A stretch of DNA of 64,000 bases from Eledone cirrhosa (taxonomy: Eukaryota). A program made the translations under genes and the position numbers. Location of the stretch: NCBI GenBank assembly GCA_964016885.1, contig OZ024741.1, positions 67,704,001-67,768,000 of the forward strand. The letters run 5' to 3'. Below are positions 1 through 14,197 of this stretch, piece after piece; the first letter of the stretch is position 1; the number at the start of each line of letters is the position of its first letter. Under the pieces are notes generated by a model that was not told the origin of the DNA, did not search any database, and saw nothing but the letters and a program-made list of their open reading frames with translations.

Positions 1-795
1 TAAGATCTGAATACATAAGGAGAATAAGAAACATCTGAATAGTAGAAATGCCATATTGTGCTGTAAATTCCCGAGCTGTGTCTATTATTAGGCACCGTTC
101 GGGAAATCTTAAATGGAATATAATCGAGTGAAAACAACTGGAGAGAAAGACAAGGAAATTAATGTCTATCTACTCTATTCTTCATAAAAAGGATGATGTT
201 GATAGAGTTCTGAAACACAGTCTATTTCTGATAATTAGTTATACAAACAATATCAGAAGTATTATTATTATTATTATTTCGCTGACAGGCGGTGAATTGG
301 CAGTATCAGTAGAGGGTTGGACGCCATGCTTTCCAGCATAGTTACGTCCCTTTACTGTCTGAGTTCAAATCCCGTCGAGGTTAGCTTTGCCTTTCATCCT
401 TATGAGGTCGATAAAATAAAGTACCAGTAATGTACTGGGTAATTGCTGGCCTTGTGCCAAATGTAGAAACAATTATATTGACAAGTAGGAGGCAAGCCCG
501 CTTCGTGTGATCTGCGGAGAGAGGGAGAAAGGAAACTGTGGTTCACATCGAATCTGAGTGTGAACACCTAGCCCAGCCTCATAATAAATAGATGGAGGTA
601 TGATATCTTGGGAAAAGGGATCCACTGGCATTTATGCAAACTGAATAATTTAACTCATACTGAGAGAAGGTATGAGCATAAGTCAGAATCGGTGATAGAA
701 AATGATTGTGTGAAGGTGCTGTGGGATTTCAGGATACAAACAAACGAAGAATTAGAACACAATAGGCCTCATCTGATGGTTTTTGGCAAGGAAAA
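1..795 (+). mobile_element. Degenerate R4/Dong-like non-LTR retrotransposon, 3' part (post-RT region and REL endonuclease), interrupted by a SINE
   Basis: 1-210 reads ...AVNSRAVSIIRH..KQLERKTRKLM..LHKKDDVDRV. ORF 608-940 reads GKGIHWHLCK..YEHKSESVIENDCVKVLWDFRIQTN.ELEHNRPHLMV, matching the R4-clade WDF.IQTD..RPD motif. Stops and frameshifts are present. Confidence 0.8.
288..476 (+). mobile_element. SINE family 1 (tRNA-derived, Nin/Deu-like core), full length
   Basis: A-box TGGCAGTATCAG, B-box GAGTTCAAATCCC, core GCCTTTCATCCTTA(C/T)G(G/A)GGTCGATAAAATAAAGTACCAG; more than 10 copies in the window. Confidence 0.9.
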
Positions 796-811
796 AAATC
801 AAACCACTATC

Positions 812-1340
812 TGCAGCCTCAGCTATTCAGGGCGTATCAGAGGGTCCTTGCTATTCCAAGTAGGCTTGCCATATGATGTGTTCCAAAAATGTGAGCTGGG
901 AAAATATTCTTTATCCAGCCTTGGAAGCTCTTCGAGATAGTACCTAGTGCTCCTATGACGATGTGAACGACTTGATCTCATGACAGTCCCAAATCTTTTT
1001 CTCTTCCCACTTTGGATCCTGAAACCAATTAATTTTCTCCTTCTCTTGGACTCTTGTCTCAAAGAGGCATGCTGCACCTATAATCAAGCAAGAAATCTTT
1101 CTTTGTCAAACACCATCAGATGAGGCCTATTGTGTTCCAATTCTTTATTTGTTTGTATCCTGAAATCCCACATCACCTTCACCCAATCGTTTTCTACCAC
1201 CGACTCTGGTGTTCATAGCACTTCTCAGAGTGGGTAAATTATTCAGTTTGCATAAATGCCAGTGGATCACTTTTCCTTTGATACCATGCCTCCATCATTT
1301 ATATTATAAATTTTATTATAAATTCTATAATGTGACTGGC
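812..1340 (-). mobile_element. Second R4/Dong-like LINE 3' fragment, inverted relative to the first
   Basis: The reverse complement of ~1100-1300 closely matches ~590-795 and continues through the REL C-terminus (VIGALGT-like motif). Confidence 0.8.
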
Positions 1341-1690
1341 TAGGTGTTTACACCCGAATATGATGTTAGCCACAGTTCCCCGTCCCCCACTCTCTCCCCA
1401 CCCCCTCTCTTTCTATCTATCTATCTCTTTCTCTCCACAGATCCTACAGAGCACGCTAGCCTACTCCTTGTTACTATGATGTTTGATCTGCTTAATTCTA
1501 AGGCCTGCTCCTGTGCAGCCAGTAGCATGCAGTCTGTAGCTTTCATAAGGCGCCTTCCTTTCGTAACTCCGTTAAACAAATATATTATAACTGCTCTCTG
1601 TCAAGTAATGTAATTGCAGGCAGGAGAATATTTCGCTGGATGTCGGCAGTTTCTAAGTTCCGATTTCTATAAAGACACATTATAGACTTT

Positions 1691-1724
<34 letters not shown>

Positions 1725-1773
1725 TATAAAATAACAGGAGGCTCGACTGGTGTAATTCCTTAAAAGGTTTATT

Positions 1774-1831
1774 ATACTCTGATCATTTCAATGACCGGGT
1801 TCAGTATGAGTCCGGTGACATCATCAGGTAT
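1774..1831 (-). ncRNA. Degenerate type I hammerhead motif in a (TA)n-flanked module (1724-1943)
   Basis: Minus strand: atac-CTGATGA-stem II (ACCGG..CCGGT)-GAAA-TGATCA-GA-gtat-AATAAA. The U16.1 position is G. Confidence 0.55.
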
Positions 1832-1938
1832 TCGAAATATAACAAAGGCATATAATAGACAAAATCCATGGGGCTGAAAATCGGAGACATTAGGGCGACC
1901 GAACATTTAGCAGCTTCTACCCCGGTCGGCCGTCCTCA

Positions 1939-2021
<83 letters not shown>

Positions 2022-2616
2022 GGTCTATACCCAAGTATATACAACATCAAGCGAATAATAAATGATATGGAATATTTCCGTGTTTCTTGTGATGGCTACA
2101 TCTATGATGTAACATTCTCATATTTCTTTCTCAAACACAATATATTTATCCCTATGTCACCCTGTGTTTCTGCAGATCCATTGTCTCAAACATTTTCAAG
2201 GATATTTCTCTAACGTGTTTGGCCTCCCACGAAATTGTACTAGAGTGTCAATACCCCAGTGTAGATGTTAGCACACTATATAATGGCGCCTTTGGTAGTC
2301 TGTATGTGCAAACATTTAACTGACACTTATAATGTCACAGTTTTATGTATTGGTGTAGTAATTTCTCGAGAAGAACTCTTTTTAATATGCTGTCTGTATC
2401 CAGTAGCGATATTTTCTTTATCGTGTGTTATATATTCACGAGTCCTGTGGTTTTGATTATGTACCTGAGTGAGGAGGAAAGCATTTATATTATATAATCA
2501 CAGATACACACACGCACACAAACATACATATATATTTTCTATATTAAATTTTCGTTATAAATATATATATATGTGTGTGTATTTATATATATATACATAC
2601 ATATATATATAAATAT

Positions 2617-2733
<117 letters not shown>

Positions 2734-3037
2734 GAGAGGGGGAGATATAGGCAGAGGACAGAGAGGGCAGAAGAGACATAAAAACATAAAGTGAGAGCCA
2801 GACACAAACAAACAAATTGATAAGCAGTCAAACAAAAATATATACAATGGGATATAAATAAAAAGTGAGTTAGGAATTCTAACAGTTAAAGTTTAGTAAA
2901 AATATCATGTAATTTCTAAATCTTTAAATTACTTTTTTTAATTTCTAATTTCTTAGTTTTATCCTTAGTTTTCTTTACAGCTGTATTTACAGATATTTCC
3001 ATTCACACAAGTATATAAACGTAGACATATAGCATAA

Positions 3038-3500
3038 CCGGCCTGCCGAAAAATATCCGACTTTATTTTTTCCAGTGTGATGTCAGGCTGCTAATAAGAA
3101 ACGTGTGTGTAGAGTTTTGCTATATACATTCATGCATATGCGTGGCTTTTAGGGAGCACGCTGGAAGTGTCAGTAACTGTCAGGCAACCACTGTGTGAGG
3201 GGCTGCTCTACTTCATTGCCGCATTTTCTTTTCACCCGATACTACCAACAAAGGATCCTGAATTCCGGAATATCGGGATTAATTGAAGATGAGATGTAAG
3301 CAAACGGGTACGACCCGGAAACCAAATCCGAACATCACAGTGGAATCATTCAATGACGTCAACGAACCAAATACACGTCAACTACAGGACAAAGTCAAAG
3401 TGATTCTGACTGTTTTCTGCGATTTCCGAGGTGATGTGCATCGCATGACCCATCCCAAGGACAAACATTTGCAAAGGAGTTTCCCAGTTTGGTTTACTTA
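3038..3500 (+). mobile_element. Mariner transposase remnant
   Basis: ORF 3283 contains KVKVILTVFCDFRGDVH (cf. mariner KVMLTVFFD.RGVVH); a GYDPETK-like motif lies upstream in another frame. Confidence 0.7.
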
Positions 3501-4419
3501 TTTTCACAGTCGAAAGTTTGCTGGACATAGAGCGATATTAGAGCAATGTCGCGCCTTAGGATCGAGTCCAGAACCCCAACATTTTATCCATGCAGTAGTT
3601 GTATGTGATCAACTCAAGTAAAGACAGGAACACCAACGCAATTTCTCTGGGAAATCTTTTTCTTCGAACATTATACCAACAGCCACTTATTTTATACCTC
3701 ATTCCGGATACGTCGTTTATCATCTGATAATTACTGAACAGCCGACAGGGCCACTAACCTGATACGAGATACATCTGTTATATCGATTCCATTCATTACT
3801 CAGGTGTTAAGAATTTATAGAACCAGGTGGGATAGAAAGAAAAGTCGACTTGAGAGGAATTTTACCTCAGAACTCGAAAGACCGAAATTATATATAACAA
3901 AACATTTTGCCCGTTGTCTAAACTATTCTATTAATACTCCTCTGTATATGATCTCAGACTGCAGGCTGAAAATATAACCAATATAAGAATTTTGACCTGA
4001 TCACCACATTTTTAAAACAAAATCAGAGGATTGGAGTTTAGCCAAAATTTTAAACCGACGTAGAATTAGAAGCCAGTCTGACAACATCACTATCAATGGC
4101 CAGGCTGTTTCTCCAATATCCGGTAAATTATTATGCATGTAACTAAGGCAGGACAACAACATAGTATATGATGAGGGTTGTAACAAGGAACACTTATCCA
4201 CTGAATATTACACCAGACTGAACAAAATATAGGAGTTAGATCTCTCTTCAGACAGGAAATCAATAGCATTTCAATATGCCTGTGAGCTGTACCACCAAAC
4301 TAATATTTGAAATATTCAAGCCAACGAAGTTGTTTGATCTACTAGAAATAGCAATAATATATCCTTCAAACCAAATTATACAATATCTGAATAAAGGTAT
4401 TGTTGGACTTTCGTCGTTT

Positions 4420-4716
4420 CCGACGACGAATGCTCCAGTTGATTCAATCAGTGGAACTGACTGCTCATGAAATTAACGGGTACATGACTGAGCATTCCAC
4501 AAACACGTGCACCCTTATCTTAATGTTTAGGGGGCATGTGAATATGTGACAAGTGGACATTTAAATTAGAAGTGCAACTTATTTTTGCTTCCTGAATGGG
4601 TTGAAGCAATGTGAAATAAAGCGTCTTGCTCAAGGACACAACGCGCCGCCCGGTCCATGAATTGAACGTACAATGTGATCGGAATCCCAGCGCCCTAACC
4701 ATTACGACATGCGTCT
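4420..4716 (-). mobile_element. SINE family 2 (tRNA-derived, long form, diverged)
   Basis: Minus strand carries GTGTCCTTGAGCAAGACGCTTTATTTCAC, shared with the 27552 and 40457 copies. Confidence 0.7.
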
Positions 4717-4847
4717 TGTCTTAATATAAGTATCTCAGAACTGAGTATTTTCCCTCCCCACAGCAGCAATATCACCTTCTACGTTTGCAATGTAAACAAT
4801 CATCTAATACCCTTCGAGCAATTAGATAGATAATATATATGTGTATG

Positions 4848-4990
<143 letters not shown>

Positions 4991-7111
4991 GTGTGTGCGT
5001 GTGTGTGAATGTGTGTGCGTGTTTCTGTATGTATGTGTTTGGCTGCGTGTCGTCTCATTTAATTCCCAAAACTTGACGTTTGGGAACTTCTACACCCTCA
5101 CAGCAACTACACAGATAATATCTTTCTTATGGATGTTATATCTCTAGTTACTGTCACATCGGAATATTACCTTTTAGGAAATTAATGAGTTTTGATTCAG
5201 TTTCCAAATTTCTAATCAAAAGTTCGGGATATTCCTGACAGATATCCAGGAAAATTTATAACTAATAACAGTATCATCGTTTTTATCTACAGTATTTCTT
5301 TTGAAAAGTTGCAAGTTGACGTCTAATGCCATAAACGTGAGTATAGGGACAGAGTTCACGAAAGCCATAGTTCAAGGGTAATAGGACTATCGTAAGGGTT
5401 AATGGTTCACCTTGAGATAAGGTGGAGACAAAATTTGTTACGAGATAAAATGTGACTAGCATGTCGGGAGCAGTTGAGTATTGGTCTTCTGTAACAAGCC
5501 AGCTCTGTAGAGAAGAGGCCATTCGTAGTACTGAAATATGTAGGGAAAGTGAGCTAAGATTTGTGGACCAGAAGATAGAGTATGCCTTTATATAAGTGTG
5601 TATATCCGTATTCAGGAATATGTGTGTATTGTTTGTTAGTTAGATTTAAACTATTTATCTGAGTCTATGATTGTGTATGTTCGTGTCAATATGACAATAT
5701 GGGTGTTGACAGGAACGATGTTTGAAAATTTATGATCCCTGGGTTAGATCACAATGCCAGGCTTTCTGAGCAAGAGTCATGAAAATTAAATTCGGGCCGA
5801 CCCAAATCTTCTTAGTAAAATCTCATAGACACTGTGTGATAATCATTCCGATAGATATTACCTGTAATTCAAAGGGCCAGCCATGTCACACACTCTGTCA
5901 CACTGATTCGCCATGAGAATGAGATTATGGTTACAAGTGCCTGGAGGATAGCCAGTCACACTATAATCAAATGAATTAGTAATACATATAATTGACAACT
6001 GTAATACTCATTGTATTGTGTCGTACTGAGATAGAAATTTATCTTCTATTTTTAACTCTATCTTGAGACATGCATTTGTTAGTGTGTTTACATGATTATA
6101 TGTATGTGTTTATGTGTGTAGTTGTATGAATTACATATATATGTGAGAAGCACGAAGTCATCGTCAATGATTGAAAAGTTTCTTTTTAAACCTAAGTCTC
6201 CAAGCTCGATCTCATTGCACGGCACTCATTTATAGTGCGGTTCTCTGGGCGCGTTAGGTATAGAAACGTGTAAATGCATTTGTGTTGTGAGCTGGAAGAA
6301 AAGCTTGGTATTTTACTTCCTAGTTCTCTGTTTCAGAGATTTTCACACCGGCTAGATATAGCAATTGCTCTCAACCAACATTTTTCTCTTTATGCAATAC
6401 TTTCTTGTGTTTGTTTTTGTCCCCTTAGTCCTCTGTGACTCATTTCATCATATATTGCTCGACTTAAATGTCGAATAATACATTCTGTACATATTTCATG
6501 TTACTTCACGTAAGATTTGCTTTGATTTCGTTTAGTAAAATGTTTGACTATCTTCTCAGATACTATGACCCCGGTTATGTCCGTGGCGGTCGAAACTGTG
6601 TATGTCCATTTCGATTGCTGATAACCACGGATTATTTTTATTTGCTACTAATTTTTCTATATTATTATTTCCGCCGAGGTTAACTTTGCCTTGCATCCTT
6701 ACGTGGTCGATAAAATAAAGTACCAGTAATGCAAAATTAGAGACAATTATTATTCGTGTTGCACGTGGCTTTTCCTCCCCTTCTTTTGTTGTCTTGCACT
6801 ATATTTATCAAAATTGCCAGAAATCGAACTCGACGGTTGAAGACCTTGGAGTCCTGTGTCTTTTGTTCGTGTTTTTCGTATTTAAAAAAAAATTCGTTTA
6901 GGTTTCGCCTTCAAAGAAATTATTTTTTCGTTTGCTTTGTTTTTGAGTTTTAATACCTTAACTCTTCACACAAAGTAACACATTTCGCTTTAATCATTTT
7001 CTAACCCAGAAAAAAGAGAGAGAAACAAAAAAGGAAAAAAAAAAATGTTTCTTCCTCTTAATCGTCTCTTTCTCCCTGTTTTCATATATATATTTATATA
7101 TATATATATAC

Positions 7112-7167
<56 letters not shown>

Positions 7168-7239
7168 GTGTGTTTTTTTCTCCCCCATCTTCACCTCATT
7201 TTCCCCGTTCCTACCACTTATTATTCTTTACTTTCTATT

Positions 7240-7376
7240 TATCTTCTATTTCTAACTCTATCTTCTGAAGAATGATCAGTGTCCGGAACGTGAAGACTCT
7301 CTTCCTGCTATTTCAAGCGTTAAAATAATATATTTCCTCCATGTACAGTGTCGTTTGTTTTGTTATTTCTGTTTAC

Positions 7377-7380
<4 letters not shown>
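7240..7380 (+). mobile_element. PLE pLTR-like remnant with a degenerate minimal HHR; homologous to 50080-50212
   Basis: tctt-CTGAAGA...GGAACGTG-aaga, followed by ACTCTCTTCCTGCTA..TCAAGC shared with the 50.1 kb copy; ends at a (CA)n tract. Confidence 0.55.
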
Positions 7381-7439
<59 letters not shown>

Positions 7440-8146
7440 GTGTGTGTGTGTGTTTCTCTCTCTGTCTCTCACACACTCTCTCTTCCTCCTCTCTCTCTCT
7501 CTCTCTGTATATATGTGTATGTGTGTGATCATGTGTTTACATATTAATTGTTTCTACTTTAGGCACAAGGCCAGCAATTACCCAGTGCATTACTGGTACT
7601 TTATTTGTGTTTACATGTGTTTACATATTAATGATAGTAATATTGAGGTGTTTTCCGTTTCTTTACTATTCCACTCTTTATACTTTTCCTTTTACATTCT
7701 TCTATTTTACTTCTTCTTTCATTTCTCCCTCATATTTTTGCCGCTTCATCTGTATTGTTCCTTATTTTATTTTTTCTTCGCTTATTCGTCTCTCCGTTCG
7801 TTCATTCTTCTTCTTCTTCTTCGTCTACACCTTCCATTCCTCTTCCTTCCTTTACCACTCCTTTACCGTAGCTGTCATCCTTCAACTTCTGTCTTCCTTC
7901 TATTTCCTTCATCTTACCGTTCTTCAGAAATACAGAAATACAGAAAGCTAGACAGTTACATCGATAGTTAAAACTGTAAACAGATCGATGGTAGATAGAT
8001 AGAGATATAGTCGGGGCGGGTGGGGTGACAGTCCCGCAGTGGGGACGGATGTCGGTCAGACAGACAGTCAGAAAGTTAAGTTGATTGGTTGATAAGACTA
8101 TAAATAGACAATAAACTGATAAATAACGAGATAGATAGATAAATAA

Positions 8147-8205
<59 letters not shown>

Positions 8206-8656
8206 CAGAAATAGAGAGATAGATAAACACTTAGATTGACAAATATATAGGAAAACAGATATTAAAACTAGAAAATTAAACAGAATTAGAAAAAAGATGG
8301 CCTGAAAAACTATAGAATGTAAACATATACTCATAAATATGTAGAGAGAGTTAAAGAGCGAGAGAGATGAAGTCAGAGAGACAGTGGGAGAGAGAGAGCA
8401 TACACATAGCGAGAGTGTAGAGCAACAGAGGTAGAACACAGACAGATACAGTAGACACAGGAAAGGCTGGAAAACTGAGGTAGAGTGTGAGTGAGAGAGG
8501 GAAAGAAGGAGAGAGAGAAAGAGAGAGAGAGGGATGGAGAGATAGAGAGAAAGAAATCGAGACAGAGTGAGAGAGAAATAAAGAAAGATAGAAGATACTG
8601 GAAATATAGAAAAGCGCGGGGTGTGGGGGCAGTGAAGAAGATATGAGACGAGAGAA

Positions 8657-8711
<55 letters not shown>

Positions 8712-8800
8712 AAAGAGCACGCAGAGAGGGTAAGAGAGAGAGGGAGAGAGATAAATAGAGTGAGAGACAAAAGAGCACGCAGAGAGAGTGGGAGAGAGGC

Positions 8801-8833
<33 letters not shown>

Positions 8834-9335
8834 GAGAGACAGGCAGACAGAGTGAGAGAGTAAGAGAGAGAGAGAAGAGCACCCAGACAGAGAGAGCACA
8901 AAAACACGGGAGAGACAAAAAAAAAGGTAACTGTAAAGAATGAGGGAAGAGAGCAGGATGGAGAGCTCGCAGACAGAGAGGGATATATATGTGTATATAT
9001 AGACAGAGAGAGAGAGACAGATATATATATATATATATAGAGAGAGAGGGGGAGAGAAAACAAGGGAAAGACATGAAAAAAGGGGCATCTATAGAGAAAG
9101 AGAGAAGAGTTGCGAAAAACGTACTAACTATGGCCAATCGGAAATTAGTGACGAAATCAATGTGGTGCACATAGGCTGATACGTTATGTTAACGGTTGTA
9201 ATGATGAGGCATCTGGTGGTGCACGTGTTCATATATATATATAGATGTGTGTGTGTGTGTGTGTGTGTGTGTGTCTGTGTGCATCTGTGTGTGTACAAAT
9301 GTATAATGATGTCTATATCTGCTCTCTCATTCCTG

Positions 9336-9390
<55 letters not shown>

Positions 9391-9846
9391 AAATGTATAA
9401 TGATGTCTATATCTGCTCTCTCATTCCTGTATATAGATGTGTGTGTGTGTGTGTGTGTGTGTTTGTTTTTGCGTGTGCGTTTATATATATATTTTATATT
9501 TATATTACTCTCTCTCTTTCCTCTCTCCCTCTCTCTCTCTTTCTCTCTTTCTTTCTCTCTCTCTTTCTCTCTGTACGTATATATATATATATCATATCTA
9601 TGTATGTGTATATATGCGTTTAAGTATGCGTTTAAGTATGCATGTGTGTGTCTGAATTTGTTGTGTGTGTGTGTAAATATGTAGGAATATAGTGATGGCT
9701 GTGTGAGTGTGCATGCACAGCGTGTTGTAGTAGTGTTTCCGGATGTTGTGCAGGTCAATGATGGGGGGGGGAGAGTAATACAAGGTGATGATGATGATGA
9801 TGATGATGATGATATGTATAGTAATGATGATGATGTTGATAATGAG

Positions 9847-10560
9847 AGTGATGTTGATGGTGGTGATGATAACGATGTTGATGATGATAGTGATGTTGAT
9901 GGTGGTGATGATAACGATGTTGTTGATGATGATAGTGATGTTGATGGTGGTGATGATAACGATGTTGTTGATGATGATAGTGATGTTGATGGTGGTGATG
10001 ATAACGATGTTGTTGATGATGATAGTGATGTTGATGGTGGTGATGATAACGATGTTGTTGATGATGATAGTGATGTTGATGGTGGTGATGATAACGATGT
10101 TGTTGATGATGATAGTGATGTTGATGGTGGTGATGATAACGATGTTGTTGATGATGATAGTGATGTTGATGGTGGTGATGATAACGATGTTGTTGATGAT
10201 GATAGTGATGTTGATGGTGGTGATGATAACGATGTTGTTGATGATGATAGTGATGTTGATGGTGGTGATGATAACGATGTTGTTGATGATGATAGTGATG
10301 TTGATGGTGGTGATGATAACGATGTTGTTGATGATGATAGTGATGTTGATGATGATAGTGATGTTGATGGTGGTGATGATAACGATGTTGTTGATGATGA
10401 TAGTGATGTTGATGGTGGTGATGATAACGATGTTGTTGATGATGATAGTGATGTTGATGGTGGTGATGATAACGATGTTGTTGATGATGATAGTGATGTT
10501 GATGGTGGTGATGATAACGATGTTGTTGATGATGATAGTGATGTTGATGGTGGTGATGAT
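9847..10560 (+). repeat. 45-bp minisatellite, ~16 near-identical units (GATGATGATAGTGATGTTGATGGTGGTGATGATAACGATGTTGTT)
   Basis: Directly visible. Translates as DDDSDVDGGDDNDVV in one frame; one partial unit at ~10330-10350. Confidence 0.95.
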
Positions 10561-10903
10561 AATGAGGATAATGATAATGATGTCGATGAAAACGAGGAAG
10601 GTAATGATGACGATTGTGATGGTGATGACTGATGGTTATAGAGAATGCGTGTATAGTTATAGTATTAACTACTCCCACCACTACCACTATCAACAACATC
10701 AATACAGCTACTACCTCTACTGCTACTGGTAGCAAAACCCCACCAATAACTATATTAGCTACTACTTACTAACTCCCTCCCTCCCTCCGTTTCTTCCTCC
10801 CACTGCTACCATCATCACGAGCAACAGTACTAGCAACAACCACAACCACCATCACACTCCATTCCCCTCCTCCCCCTCCTCCTCCTTCTTCGTCTCTCCA
10901 TAG

Positions 10904-11184
10904 CCTACGTCATCGTTTTCATTGATCGCCTACTTAGTGTGCGTGAAGAAAAAGCAACCATGCTCCCACAACGGTTGCAGTTTCTTCTATGGAGACGCCC
11001 GGATAAGGAGAAAATAACCATGCCAGCGAATCGGCCAGCCTCACCGGCGAGAAAGCCATTGCCGGCACTCGCCTTACCAGGGATGTATCTGGTCTATAAG
11101 TACAATGAATACAAGAGGCAGAGGCAAGAACAACATCGGCGTAAAGTAACCGAAAGGGAGTTGGATCACCTGAATCATAAAATT
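10904..11184 (+). CDS. Exon of a host gene; likely N-terminus of an invertebrate C3HC4-type RING-finger protein (ATG at 10960 or 11020)
   Basis: Strong polypyrimidine tract plus TAG acceptor (10901-10903); two accATG starts; phase-0 GTGAGT donor at 11185. The peptide RKPLPALALPGMYLVYKYNEYKRQRQEQHRRKVTERELDHLNHKI resembles, from memory, the N-terminus of insect/mollusc CG14435-like RING proteins. The RING exon was not seen in the window. Confidence 0.8.
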
Positions 11185-11303
11185 GTGAGTAAATATTGTA
11201 ATGGAATATATGAAAATATATACCTAACTAAAACAACAAAAACAAAAAAAATATAATAAATACATATGATTAATAATAATAATAATAGTAATAGTAATAA
11301 TGA

Positions 11304-11525
11304 TTTCTTTATTAACCACAAGGGTTTACATAAAGTAGACATTAAGGACAGTACAGGACAATACAGGACGGTACAAATGGGCATTTCTGCGTGTAAAAAA
11401 AAACAGAGGATGTAATAAAAATAACAATGAAAAATTCCCCAATAGGGGGCAGACTTCCGAAGGACATTTGTGGATAGCAACGACAACAATACTAATATTA
11501 TAGGAATGCTTTACCTTGCGCCTAA
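11304..11525 (-). mobile_element. LINE-like 3' end with (ATT)n tail; related copies at 54221-54790 and 22380-22410
   Basis: Ends GTGG(T/C)TAATAAAGAAAT plus tandem tail; CCCCAATAGGGGG is shared with 54337-54349. Confidence 0.55.
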
Positions 11526-11744
11526 CCAATAGCTATATTCTGCTTTCCTTAAGCATAGAGTACTAAGTTGATTAATGGTCTTCGTGGTTTTACTGGTTTT
11601 AACTAGTAACATCTCATCCATCACACATATACATATATATATATACATAAATAAAAAGGTGTGCATGTGCATATGGATGTGTATATGGTTATGCATTCGT
11701 GGATTAATAAATACACACATGAATATATGAATATATATATATAT

Positions 11745-11785
<41 letters not shown>

Positions 11786-11923
11786 AAATAGAGTCACGGA
11801 TATAGGGATATTTTTATACATATAATATGTATATATGGATGTATGCAAGCGGTGCATTCCCATTTGCATTCTTTGTTGCTTGCACAAATGTGGGTTAGTT
11901 CCTGGGAATGTGAATATATATAT

Positions 11924-11963
<40 letters not shown>

Positions 11964-12052
11964 ATAATAAATGTGAAGACTATATATATATAGGTTGGTC
12001 TATGTCTTTGTGTACACAATAATTTTCATTAATTATATATAAATAGAAACAA

Positions 12053-12117
<65 letters not shown>

Positions 12118-12166
12118 TAATTGTGTTTGTGTGTGTGTGCGTGTGTGAATATGTGTGTGTGTGGGA

Positions 12167-12214
<48 letters not shown>

Positions 12215-12417
12215 GTGTGTGCGTGTGTGTGTGCGTGTGTGTCACTACGCGTATTTGTATGCGCACATGTCATCAGGGGTGTTTCCGTGTTCTAGCGCAC
12301 TTCAGTTTGCATGTTTATTGATATAAATGAATGTGAAAAGAAATCTATGTCAGTCTGCCTGCTTGAAAATAGTAGACTTGGATGCACACATGCAAACACG
12401 TACACACACACACACAT

Positions 12418-12482
<65 letters not shown>

Positions 12483-12600
12483 CATACATAGTGGTGAGTA
12501 ATTAAATATATATATAATATGGGGGGGTATGTGCGCGCGTGTGAGTGTCTGTGTGTGTGTGTGTGTATGTGTGTGGGTGTCTGTATGTGTGTGATGGTGT

Positions 12601-12639
<39 letters not shown>

Positions 12640-12753
12640 AAACGTACGCCACTGGTATGGGTCCGCTGTACTAACTGCTCTTAATCATATTAAAACTCGC
12701 CCTACCAACTTGAGTTACTATTTACCTTGGATATTTCTACAAAGTTATTACCA

Positions 12754-12809
<56 letters not shown>

Positions 12810-13270
12810 CCATACCTGCATATATGCAGGTATGGGTGTGTGCATATATGCAGGTATGGGTGTGTGTATATAAAAACCTGTCAGTAGTGTATACTTTTCA
12901 TTAACTGAGGTTTTCTCGCTGAATGTGGGATACACGCTGCTTTGTGTATACATATGCATTCATTCTATATTATACTATATATAATATTATATTATATTAT
13001 ATTATATTATATTATATTATATTATATTATATCATATTATATTATATCATATCAAATTCTATCATATTACATCGATTAGCGACTGTTGTTACTCTGAGTT
13101 ACATGATACTCCCAAGTAATTACAAAAGGCGGAGTCGCAACGGAGAACAATCTCACTAATTCAATAAAAATAGACATTATACTTTGCCATCGAAACACAC
13201 AAGTGCATTTATATGTATATATATATATATAAATATACACATATATATATATATACACATATATATATAT

Positions 13271-13367
<97 letters not shown>

Positions 13368-13519
13368 TAGAGAGAGAGAGAGGGATGGGGGAGAGAGAGA
13401 GGGTTGGGGTAGAGAGAAAGATAGATAGATATGTGTGAGTGTTTGTAATGTGTGTATGTGTGTGTGTTTGTGTGTGCGTGTGTGTGAGTGTGTTTGTGTA
13501 TGTGTGTGTGTGAGTGTGT

Positions 13520-13559
<40 letters not shown>

Positions 13560-13849
13560 GTGTGTGTGCGTGTGTGTGTGTATGTGTGTGTGTCTTAACG
13601 TGAATCCCAAGACATTTTAGTATGACACAATATGGTACAGCACTTGCAGGGTGAATTACTGACAGATTTCAATTGAACAGACTTCCACACAGTCTCTGTC
13701 CACACTGAAAACGCTTGCGTCGACTCAGACTATGGTAAAGATTATTGTCCCAAACGCCTCAGGGGGAAACCCGGGACCTCATCATTGCAAAGCAAACTTC
13801 AATAAAACTCAGCCATGACTGTACTTGCAAATGTATGGATATATGTATG

Positions 13850-13939
<90 letters not shown>

Positions 13940-14197
13940 CACATACATATTATATGTAGCCTTAACGTAGCGTGTTTCATCACAGGTGTACATGATCGCA
14001 GATAAGAACAAAGGCGAGACTTATATATTATGCATAAACATTGCGTATATGCCCTCATATATACCACTTTTATATATATATGTGTATGTATATATATATA
14101 TATATATGTAGGAGTTGTATTTAATTTGTTGGAATTCCGACAAACATAAATGTTATAACTGATATAGAGCACTCAACAATTTACTGAAGTAAATATT

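Noticed and set aside
288-476. tRNA genes at A/B-box motifs
   Set aside because: These are SINE heads: no cloverleaf, followed by a SINE core, and several copies have TSDs.
9290-9440. Local ~55-bp duplication between (TG)n tracts (similar cases at 12810-12870 and 18580-18615)
   Set aside because: Ordinary slippage or unequal exchange.
9755-10735. His-rich (-) and Met-rich (+) ORFs of over 300 aa
   Set aside because: Alternative frames of the 45-bp GAT-derived minisatellite.
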